Origin: a virus
Lineage: Duplodnaviria > Heunggongvirae > Uroviricota > Caudoviricetes
Length of the DNA: 64,000 nucleotides
Reading direction: 5' to 3' (one strand)
Virus record (IMG/VR): IMGVR_UViG_3300047558_000092
Part shown: piece by piece, positions 57,954 to 64,000 of the stretch
Numbering within the stretch: the stretch's first letter is position 1
Layout: every line of letters starts with the position of its first letter
Program-made: the position numbers and the translations under genes
Notes under the pieces: generated by a model
Databases searched by the model: none
What the model saw: the letters and a program-made list of their open reading frames with translations, nothing else
Told to the model about the DNA's origin: nothing

Positions 57954-58730
57954 TTATTTTTTATTTTTAGTAGATTTTGGAGCTTTGACTTTAGCTGCAT
58001 CATCTAGTTGTTCGAGAACTTTCTCAACCTCTTCAGGTTCCATAGCTTCGATTTGTTTAACCAGAGCTTTTTCTACCTTTTTAAGTTCAGCTTTCTCTTT
58101 CTTGACTCTTTGCATAACTAGTTGCTCTCTGCGTTGTAGTCTTTCTACAATCTCTTCAGAGTTGAACCACATTTCCTTACCCATGATAACATCGGCTAGT
58201 TCTTTGTCAGTTAGGAAATCTTTATACACATCATGCATTAGACCCTTAACCTGCTTATCTACGAATGAAGCATGGGAAATTACATCCGATTGCTTACCGT
58301 AGGCTCCGAACGTAGCAGCATGAATCATCATACTGGCATAAGGACTTACGCTTACCGAAGGACTAGCTAACGCAATGAGCGAACCTGCACTAGCAGCGAT
58401 ACCATCGATATGACAATGTACATTAGCACTGGTATTTTGAATTGCATTGATAATTGCGATAGCGCCATCTAAATGACCTCCGTAGGTATTAATACTTAAC
58501 CATACAATATCATCATCACCTAAACTGTCGATAGTGTGAATGAGATTACGGTAATATTTAGCTTCTTTTACACCTTCGTCAATGAACGCTTTGATGCACC
58601 GATTAACTTGAGTACTTTGGAAATAAGGCAAATGCTGATTAGCAAGCATAGGGTTAGTAGAATCGTCATCTTCATCGTCCAATTTATTTAAGGGTGTAAA
58701 ATTTTTAAACTTTTTTAGTTTGTCTAACAT
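57954..58730 (-). CDS. ClpP-like serine protease (S14 family) with Lys-rich coiled-coil C-terminus
   Basis: 258 aa; LSINTYGGHLDGAIAIINAIQ...HIDGIAASAGSLIA (Ser and His of the ClpP fold); C-terminal ELKKVEKALVKQIEAMEPEEVEK. Confidence 0.6.
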   Translation of the reverse strand: MLDKLKKFKNFTPLNKLDDEDDDSTNPMLANQHLPYFQSTQVNRCIKAFIDEGVKEAKYYRNLIHTIDSLGDDDIVWLSINTYGGHLDGAIAIINAIQNTSANVHCHIDGIAASAGSLIALASPSVSVSPYASMMIHAATFGAYGKQSDVISHASFVDKQVKGLMHDVYKDFLTDKELADVIMGKEMWFNSEEIVERLQRREQLVMQRVKKEKAELKKVEKALVKQIEAMEPEEVEKVLEQLDDAAKVKAPKSTKNKK

Positions 58731-59490
58731 TAGCTTTCTCCTTTGTTGTGCTTTGAGTTACGGCAGTACCATCAATCTCAGCAATGAGTTCATCCTCGAA
58801 AGCAATTACGAATTCTTTGGTTAATCCGCTGCGTACTACGTCTGCTCTACCGAATGTAGTAAAGCTGCAGTCATCGATATTATATTTGACGCAAATCTTT
58901 TCCAAGTATGTCAGTCCATCCATACCCTTCTTTACATCGGTTTGAGGTCCAGTGTTATCACCGCAGAACACAATCTGAGAATTAGTGCCTACACGGGTGG
59001 TAAGGGCTTGAATCTCTGGAACGTATAAGTTCTGGCTTTCATCTACGATAATAATGCTGTCATTCCAGCTACGACCACGGATGGTTTCTAAGCTACAGAT
59101 TTCAATAGTCTTATTTTTGAGATGAATTTCGGTGGTAGCCTTACCGAGATAGTCTTCAAAGTAATCAATCATCTGTTGGTAGAAGGGTAATAACTTCTCT
59201 TCCGCTGTACCGGGGAGGAATCCAATGCTCCGACCAGCCAACGGTTGATAAGCACGAATTAATACTACCTTCTTAATATCAGCATAATGCAATTTCTTCG
59301 CTGCATGCCAAACCGCCAATAACGTCTTACCTGTACCAGCACTACCTCTAGCTACAACTAAGGTATTATACTTTAGAGCTTCTAGTAACTCTGTCTGCTT
59401 TGCATTCATTGGTAACAGCACAGGAAACTGCTGGCGCTGGAACTTTTCTTTTTGAATACGTTGTGCTGCAACTTTTTGATTTCTTTTCAT
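58705..59490 (-). CDS. PhoH-like ATPase
   Basis: 261 aa; Walker A VVARGSAGTGKT; Walker B IIIVDESQN. Confidence 0.8.
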   Translation of the reverse strand: MKRNQKVAAQRIQKEKFQRQQFPVLLPMNAKQTELLEALKYNTLVVARGSAGTGKTLLAVWHAAKKLHYADIKKVVLIRAYQPLAGRSIGFLPGTAEEKLLPFYQQMIDYFEDYLGKATTEIHLKNKTIEICSLETIRGRSWNDSIIIVDESQNLYVPEIQALTTRVGTNSQIVFCGDNTGPQTDVKKGMDGLTYLEKICVKYNIDDCSFTTFGRADVVRSGLTKEFVIAFEDELIAEIDGTAVTQSTTKEKANVRQTKKV

Positions 59491-59537
59491 AGACCTCCTA
59501 AAATAATTAAGCCCTCCGTAGAGGGCCGTATGAACAA

Positions 59538-59921
59538 TTACTTATTCTTTGGTTTAGGACCGCGCTTTGCAGGTTCCTTAACTTCTGGAGTTTCGTGAGT
59601 CTCAACTTCGGTAGTCTCTTCTGTAACTACTTCAGTTGTCTCTTCAGTGTTTTGTTCCGTATTCTGTACAACTTCTTCGGTTTGTTCAGTTTCAGTAACA
59701 CTTTCACCAACCTGCTCAGTTTCAGTTTCAGTAGTCTCTTCCGCTACTTCTTCTACTGTCTCACTAGCCTTAACAAGACCGCAAGTAAGCATAGTGCCAT
59801 AAGCCGTAGGAAAGTTTTCATTGGTATCAAAATCGAAGACATAACCTTCTTTGAAAGCTGCTTCAATGTCTTGGCAGAAGTCGTAGAGGCCGTAAGATTC
59901 GATTCGTTTAACATTTGTCAT
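59538..59921 (-). CDS. highly acidic Thr/Glu-rich protein (DNA-mimic candidate)
   Basis: 127 aa; ~50 aa folded N-terminus, then a long ETTETETEQ... low-complexity acidic tract and a basic KRGPKPKNK end. Confidence 0.45.
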   Translation of the reverse strand: MTNVKRIESYGLYDFCQDIEAAFKEGYVFDFDTNENFPTAYGTMLTCGLVKASETVEEVAEETTETETEQVGESVTETEQTEEVVQNTEQNTEETTEVVTEETTEVETHETPEVKEPAKRGPKPKNK

Positions 59922-60037
59922 GTGTACTCCTTTTAGGGTTAATAAAAGTTAATTATAACATAACCTCAGTTCAGAGTCAAGGCTTAGGAAATATTTTGAG
60001 CAAAGTATTGACAAATCGTAAAACGTGTGATAACCTT

Positions 60038-60466
60038 ATGGAGTCTTATAAAGGAGTTCGTGTGCAATCAACTAACATTGTAAAATTAGAAAAGAAAACT
60101 AGTCCAAAGAACACATGGATTAGGTCTTCGCACGAGCTACTGAAACGTAAGGACTTAACATCTAATGCTAAATTAGTATATTCACATATGTTGGATAAAT
60201 ATGTATTCTTTAGTAGTCAAAATAAAGAGTACTATGAAAATCTAGTGGATATTGGTGAAGCCTTAGGTGGAATGGCTAAACAAACTGTTAGCGACTGCAT
60301 CAAGAAATTAAAAGAAGCTAACCTAATTATTGTACGTACAAAAAATGTCTACTCAAGCACTAAATCAATTGTGTCGAATAACTACATTGTGAAAGATGTG
60401 TACGGTATTTATGAACCACAGAAGCCTAAGCGAAAGCACTATGACGAAGATGATACGCCATTCTGA
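60038..60466 (+). CDS. winged-helix DNA-binding protein with SSB-like acidic C-terminal tail (candidate origin-binding/initiator protein)
   Basis: start set at MESYKGVRV (track ORF starts at 59915); HTH GGMAKQTVSDCIKKLKEANLIIV; C-terminus KPKRKHYDEDDTPF parallels the SSB tail EDEDTPF; iterons immediately downstream. Confidence 0.45.
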   Translation: MESYKGVRVQSTNIVKLEKKTSPKNTWIRSSHELLKRKDLTSNAKLVYSHMLDKYVFFSSQNKEYYENLVDIGEALGGMAKQTVSDCIKKLKEANLIIVRTKNVYSSTKSIVSNNYIVKDVYGIYEPQKPKRKHYDEDDTPF

Positions 60467-60473
60467 TAGTCCG

Positions 60474-60540
60474 AAAATCTTACCTATGATAGTCCGAAAA
60501 TCTTACCTATGATAGTCCGAAAATTAGCCCCTAATAAGAC
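60474..60540. repeat. three tandem 22 bp iterons (GATAGTCCGAAAATCTTACCTAT)
   Basis: tgatagtccgaaaatcttacctatgatagtccgaaaatcttacctatgatagtccgaaaattagcccc, directly after the stop of 60038..60466. Confidence 0.7.
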
Positions 60541-60756
60541 TGACCAACAATACTGATATAACTATACTGATATTACTATGTATAGTATAACGTACATTAG
60601 GCTTTCAGCCTGTTTGCTGGTGAGCTTTTAGGTTTGTTGTATAAAAACAACAGTACAACCCTACATACCTAACTTACACCTATCTAGCACATAGAACTAA
60701 TAGATTGTGCTAAACGATTAAGTTATGCTTACTAAATTAATAACTATAAGGATATT

Positions 60757-61236
60757 ATGTTAAAAGAACTATTGCTATATTGTGCATTAGAGGGTGAGTT
60801 CTACATACTCAAGGCTGACAAACCTTACCGTAGGCTTTTCCCTGATGCTGACGGATACCTAATATTCTACAAAAAAGGTAAGAAGTACAAGTTGAAAGCT
60901 AATAGGGTAGCAATAGAGTTAGGTAATGACTTGATTGTGCCAAAAGATAAAGTAGTGCTGCATCGTAATCTGGACTACAATGATTACAGACTGCAAAACT
61001 TACGTTTAGTCACTAGAAAAACTTTTAATACTATCAAAGAGGCTCAACGTAATTTAGGTGGTGCTTTACGTATCGTACCACATCATCAAGATATGTTCAG
61101 TTATACCCTATGCTGGAGAGAAGATGGTAAGGATAGAGTGTTAGTCGTACAAGATATCGTAGTGGTACGTAGGTTATATAATAAACTACAATTAAAGTAC
61201 GCTAAAACACTCAGTAAGTACTGCGTGTTTGATTGA
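60757..61236 (+). CDS. hypothetical protein
   Basis: 159 aa ORF. Confidence 0.4.
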   Translation: MLKELLLYCALEGEFYILKADKPYRRLFPDADGYLIFYKKGKKYKLKANRVAIELGNDLIVPKDKVVLHRNLDYNDYRLQNLRLVTRKTFNTIKEAQRNLGGALRIVPHHQDMFSYTLCWREDGKDRVLVVQDIVVVRRLYNKLQLKYAKTLSKYCVFD

Positions 61237-61541
61237 ACGTTAAGCGTAAGGCGAAGGCTACGGTAGTAGACTGAGCTACTTTCTGCAAATTTTATTGATT
61301 TGCTCTTGATATTTGACTAAACTTGTGATATAATTACTTTATCGTAGCAAATTTCAATAATACTTTTTAATAAATACGCGCATTAAAAGTTCGTAACCTG
61401 TTAAATAATACTTGTCATTGAACGACTGCTATGATATAATCTTTTCAGTTTCGTAGTTGCTTTCAAACTCCTTTCACAATTACCTAGCTGAAAGCTGGAT
61501 AAGTAACCAGCACTAATACTAACATAACGAAATGAGATAAC

Positions 61542-61736
61542 ATGAAGTGCATTGTATGCAATCAATATTTTAAGCAAAGCGTATTTAACCAAGGGTATGA
61601 ATGCGATGATTGCTCGAATGTATTATTGAATGAAGTAGATTCAGAGTCCGAAGTAGATTTCGAGATTCTAAAGAACCCTAGTGGAAAGACTGCAGCGCAG
61701 ATTCACTATGATTGGGACGATTCCCACGGGTTTTAA
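61542..61736 (+). CDS. small zinc-finger protein
   Basis: 64 aa; CIVCNQ...CDDCSN. Confidence 0.35.
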   Translation: MKCIVCNQYFKQSVFNQGYECDDCSNVLLNEVDSESEVDFEILKNPSGKTAAQIHYDWDDSHGF

Positions 61737-61842
61737 TTAATAGCGGAGTGGAGAAGTGGTCATCTCGTTACCCTCATAAGGTAAAGAACGCTTGTTCGAA
61801 TCAAGCCTCACGCTTCCATTACAAAGTCATCGAAGGATAGAC

Positions 61843-62247
61843 ATGAAAGATAAGAAAACAGAGCAGCTAGGTATGAATCCTAGCACAGCAAGTCACAGGT
61901 TAGTAAAAGATATCCTTTGGGCTTTAATTTTACAAACTGGTCAAGATAAATGTTGTAAATGTGGTCATCAAATGACTAGAGAAACATTTTCAATTGAACA
62001 TAAGATACCTTGGTTAGACAGTGACAATCCTAAAGAATTATATTTTGATTTAAATAATATAAGTTTTAGTCATTTATCATGTAACGTAGCTGATTCAAGG
62101 AAACCAGCTTCAAAATGTGGTACAATAAACAAATATGACAAACATGGTTGCAGGTGCGAAGCTTGTAAAAATGTTAAAAGAGAAGTTCAAGCTAGATACT
62201 ACACACCAGAACGTAGAAAATCTATATACGCTAGAACAGGTCATTAG
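61843..62247 (+). CDS. HNH endonuclease
   Basis: start set at MKDKKTEQ; CCKCGHQM...FSIEHKIPW...H-LSCN HNH motif and C-terminal CGT...CRCEAC zinc cluster; sits just before the tRNA cluster. Confidence 0.55.
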   Translation: MKDKKTEQLGMNPSTASHRLVKDILWALILQTGQDKCCKCGHQMTRETFSIEHKIPWLDSDNPKELYFDLNNISFSHLSCNVADSRKPASKCGTINKYDKHGCRCEACKNVKREVQARYYTPERRKSIYARTGH

Positions 62248-62404
62248 ATATTCGCTATTCGGAAATACCGAAGGCACAAAAGGCAATAGCAGAAGCTACG
62301 TAACTTAATCTAACGTTACTGAGGTTGTAGACACCGAAAGTCAGAAGTCTACTAGTTCTACATGGAGCCTAGTCCTCTGTAGATACGAATATACTCTAGG
62401 ATTA

Positions 62405-62478
62405 GCTGAATTAGTTCAACGGTAGAACACTGGTTTTGTAGTCCAGTGATGAGTGTTCGATTCATTCATTCAGCACCA
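62405..62478 (+). tRNA. tRNA-Thr (anticodon TGT), tentative
   Basis: GCTGAAT-TA-GTTC-AACGGTA-GAAC-A-CTGGT-TTTGTAG-TCCAG-TGAT-GAGTG-TTCGATT-CATTC-ATTCAGC-A-CCA; U-U at 31-39. Confidence 0.55.
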
Positions 62479-62479
62479 T

Positions 62480-62555
62480 GCGGAGATAGCTCAGTTGGTA
62501 GAGCGTTGTCTTGATAAGGCAAATGTCACTGGTTCAAACCCAGTTCTCCGTACCA
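62480..62555 (+). tRNA. tRNA-Ile (anticodon GAT)
   Basis: GCGGAGA-TA-GCTC-AGTTGGTA-GAGC-G-TTGTC-TTGATAA-GGCAA-ATGTC-ACTGG-TTCAAAC-CCAGT-TCTCCGT-A-CCA. Confidence 0.75.
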
Positions 62556-62608
62556 GTTTCGAGAAGATTACAAGTATTTGTTCATAGCCTATTGTATCCG
62601 TTAGGATT

Positions 62609-62622
62609 TGTGCTATAATCTT
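62609..62622 (+). promoter_or_regulatory. extended -10 promoter element (TGTGCTATAAT) inside the tRNA cluster
   Basis: tttgtgctataatc about 13 nt upstream of tRNA-Glu. Confidence 0.45.
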
Positions 62623-62634
62623 CTCACTTATTAA

Positions 62635-62709
62635 GCAGCATTCGTCTATCGGTTAGGACACACGGTTTTCATCCGTGCAAGGGGAGTTCGATTCTCCCAT
62701 GCTGTACCA
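62635..62709 (+). tRNA. tRNA-Glu (anticodon TTC)
   Basis: GCAGCAT-TC-GTCT-ATCGGTTA-GGAC-A-CACGG-TTTTCAT-CCGTG-CAAG-GGGAG-TTCGATT-CTCCC-ATGCTGT-A-CCA. Confidence 0.7.
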
Positions 62710-62714
62710 AATTT

Positions 62715-62801
62715 GGATTGTTGGCTGAACGGTTAAGGCAGCGGATTGTAAATCCGTCATCCCAAGGGATATTAGTGGTTCGAATCCATTGCAATCCACC
62801 A
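62715..62801 (+). tRNA. tRNA-Tyr (anticodon GTA), long variable arm
   Basis: GGATTGT...GCGGA-TTGTAAA-TCCGT-var(CATCCCAAGGGATATT)-AGTGG-TTCGAAT-CCATT-GCAATCC-A-CCA. Confidence 0.7.
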
Positions 62802-62805
62802 AATT

Positions 62806-62906
62806 TTGTAGTCTTAGTCTGGAACTAGGGTAAAGGGTGTTGCGGAAGCTTAAATGCCGTTAAATATCGAAGCGCAACTTTAATGAATGTGTGCAGCCTA
62901 CTACAA
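62806..62906 (+). ncRNA. ~100 nt structured RNA candidate (not a canonical tRNA)
   Basis: outer helix TTTGTAGT (62805..62812) / ACTACAAA (62900..62907) and inner helix GTTGCG (62839..62844) / CGCAAC (62873..62878); no T-loop consensus. Confidence 0.3.
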
Positions 62907-62915
62907 ATCAAATAT

Positions 62916-62992
62916 TGACCTATAGCTCAGTTGGTAGAAGCGTCTAACTGTTAATTAGAATGTCCGTGGTTCGAGCCCACGTAGGTCAGCCA
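62916..62992 (+). tRNA. tRNA-Asn (anticodon GTT)
   Basis: TGACCTA-TA-GCTC-AGTTGGTAG-AAGC-G-TCTAA-CTGTTAA-TTAGA-ATGTC-CGTGG-TTCGAGC-CCACG-TAGGTCA-G-CCA. Confidence 0.7.
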
Positions 62993-62998
62993 AATTAT

Positions 62999-63072
62999 TG
63001 GGGATTAGTTAAATGGTATAACCACGGATTTTGATTCCGTTGTCGTAAGTTCGATTCTTGCATCCTCTGCCA
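62999..63072 (+). tRNA. tRNA-Gln (anticodon TTG)
   Basis: TGGGGAT-TA-GTTA-AATGGTA-TAAC-C-ACGGA-TTTTGAT-TCCGT-TGTC-GTAAG-TTCGATT-CTTGC-ATCCTCT-G-CCA; 1-72 mismatch. Confidence 0.6.
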
Positions 63073-63076
63073 ATAT

Positions 63077-63152
63077 GTTCCGATAGCTCAACTGGCAGAG
63101 CAGTGGATTCCAAATCCGAAGGTTGGAGGTTCGATTCCTTCTCGGTTCGCCA
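63077..63152 (+). tRNA. tRNA-Trp (anticodon CCA) with two U-U mismatches in the acceptor stem
   Basis: GTTCCGA-TA-GCTC-AACTGGCA-GAGC-A-GTGGA-TTCCAAA-TCCGA-AGGTT-GGAGG-TTCGATT-CCTTC-TCGGTTC-G-CCA. Confidence 0.55.
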
Positions 63153-63155
63153 AAT

Positions 63156-63247
63156 AGAAGATTGGTCGAGTGGTTTATGGCATCTGTTTGCTAAACAGAC
63201 GGTGGCTTTACAGCCGCCCATAGGTTCGAATCCTATATCTTCTGCCA
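63156..63247 (+). tRNA. tRNA-Ser (anticodon GCT)
   Basis: AGAAGAT...TCTGT-TTGCTAA-ACAGA-long variable arm (CGGTGGCTTTACAGCCGCCC)-ATAGG-TTCGAAT-CCTAT-ATCTTCT-G-CCA. Confidence 0.7.
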
Positions 63248-63258
63248 ATAAAAATTTA

Positions 63259-63346
63259 GGATGGGTGGCAGAGTGGTCGATTGCGACAGGCTTGAACCCT
63301 GTTGGTCCGAAAGGGTCCGTGAGTTCGAATCTCACCTCATCCTCCA
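63259..63346 (+). tRNA. tRNA-Ser (anticodon TGA)
   Basis: GGATGGG...ACAGG-CTTGAAC-CCTGT-long variable arm (TGGTCCGAAAGGGTCC)-GTGAG-TTCGAAT-CTCAC-CTCATCC-T-CCA. Confidence 0.7.
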
Positions 63347-63355
63347 AATACAATT

Positions 63356-63442
63356 CCGTTTTTAGGCTAGTCAGGTCAAGTCACTCGGTTTGGGGCCGAG
63401 AGCAGCAATGCATCGTAGGTTCGAATCCTACAGAACGGACCA
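63356..63442 (+). tRNA. tRNA with anticodon TGG (Pro) and atypically long, structured variable region
   Basis: CCGTTTT-TA-GGCT-AGTCAGGTCA-AGTC-A-CTCGG-TTTGGGG-CCGAG-var(AGCAGCAATGCATC, GCA/TGC stem with GCAA loop)-GTAGG-TTCGAAT-CCTAC-AGAACGG-A-CCA; 87 nt. Confidence 0.5.
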
Positions 63443-63470
63443 ATTTTAACAAAGGTGAATTATGACATTA

Positions 63471-64000
63471 CCCGCTTCTGGTGCTATAGCTATGTCTCAG
63501 GTAAATACTGAGCTAGGTTTAGGTTCCACAAATACTATCAGTTTAAATGATTCAGCTGTACGTGCTTTAGCTGGTGTTGCTAGTGGTGCTATTAGTTTAA
63601 GTAACTTATACGGTAAGGCTAACCAATTTGCATTCTCATTTAATGGTGGGACTAATATAGACCTTAGATCACTAGCTATATCTTTTGGTTGGAATGGTAC
63701 GTCTAAGGTTGTAGCTACTAATACAGGTGCAATTTACTCAAATTCTACAGGTACTCCAGCTTTAACAGTCAGTGGCTCGTTTCCGGGAGGCGTACAACTA
63801 ATCAACAACAGTACGATTCTTGGTCGTGGTGGTGATGGAGGCTTGGGTGGCGGCGCTATACCTACTAACCAAATCCCCCCAACAGGTGGCGGCGCTGGTG
63901 GAACAGGTTTGTACGCAGTAGTTGCTATGTCTGTAACTAACAACGGCACTATTAGCGGCGGCGGTGGCGGTGGCGGCGGCGGTGGCGGTGCCTATCAGAG
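63471..64000 (+). CDS. Gly-rich structural (fibre/spike-like) protein, partial (runs off the window)
   Basis: ORF from ATG at 63471 (AAAGGTG RBS) open to the window end: MTLPASGAIAMSQVNTELGLGS...GGGGGGGGGGGAYQ; not in the ORF track because it has no stop in the window. Confidence 0.45.

Noticed and set aside
59915-60037. N-terminal 41 codons of track ORF 59915..60466
   Set aside because: Hydrophobic read-through overlapping the end of the divergent acidic-protein gene; the ATG at 60038 (MESYKGVRV) follows a TTGACA-containing promoter-like region, though the exact start is uncertain.
63009-63465. ORFs 63009..63353 (-) and 63058..63465 (+)
   Set aside because: They span five consecutive tRNA genes; translations of tRNA sequence.
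63734-63949. 71 aa Pro-rich minus ORF
   Set aside because: Antisense to the Gly-rich partial structural gene on the plus strand (poly-G/C tract).
1-64000. Integrase, repressor or attachment-site signatures (temperate lifestyle)
   Set aside because: None seen; the content (own polymerase, NrdAB, tRNAs, many homing endonucleases) points to a virulent phage.

Overview
The window looks like a large, AT-rich (about 40% GC) virulent tailed phage genome segment. It resembles T5-like siphoviruses that carry a T7-style replisome. From left to right it contains: (1) a plus-strand late tail module (tape measure, two minor tail proteins, a 1712 aa fused NlpC/P60–I–J-like tail tip protein, a repeat-containing fibre) followed by a lysis cassette (holin candidates plus an M15 L-alanyl-D-glutamate peptidase) closed by terminators; (2) a long minus-strand replication and nucleotide-metabolism block, with embedded HNH and Endo VII nucleases and two minus-strand tRNAs (Met-CAT, Arg-TCT); (3) a plus-strand block of about 70 short early genes containing dCMP deaminase plus a second small deaminase-fold protein, ThyX, an HU-like protein, a P-loop kinase / Rnl1-like RNA ligase / macro-domain RNA-repair-like cassette, a SleB-like hydrolase, HNH-AP2 and GIY-YIG homing endonucleases, and a recurring extended -10 promoter motif; (4) a repeat-dense noncoding region (AT-rich 22 bp iterons plus a 350 bp GGTGACCAGC-based array) bordering a high-GC (about 55-60%) foreign-looking island of unknown genes; (5) a minus-strand ClpP-like protease, PhoH-like ATPase and a very acidic protein; (6) a winged-helix protein whose C-terminus (DEDDTPF) mimics the SSB acidic tail, followed by three 22 bp iterons; and (7) a plus-strand cluster of about 10 tRNAs (Thr, Ile, Glu, Tyr, Asn, Gln, Trp, Ser x2, atypical Pro) with an embedded promoter, then a partial Gly-rich structural gene at the window end. 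All calls come from reading the translations and DNA by eye; no database searches were run, and tRNA coordinates were derived by hand and may be off by 1-2 nt. The replication block, read in gene order from its upstream end, contains: SPFH lipoprotein; ATP-dependent DNA ligase; HNH; an OB-fold RNA ligase; T7 gp4-like primase-helicase; family A DNA polymerase; Endo VII; Prs-like plus NAMPT-like NAD reconstitution pair; gp2.5-like SSB with an acidic ...DEDTPF tail; SLOG protein; flap endonuclease; metallophosphoesterase; DnaQ-like exonuclease; MazG-like protein; NrdB; NrdA; thioredoxin.
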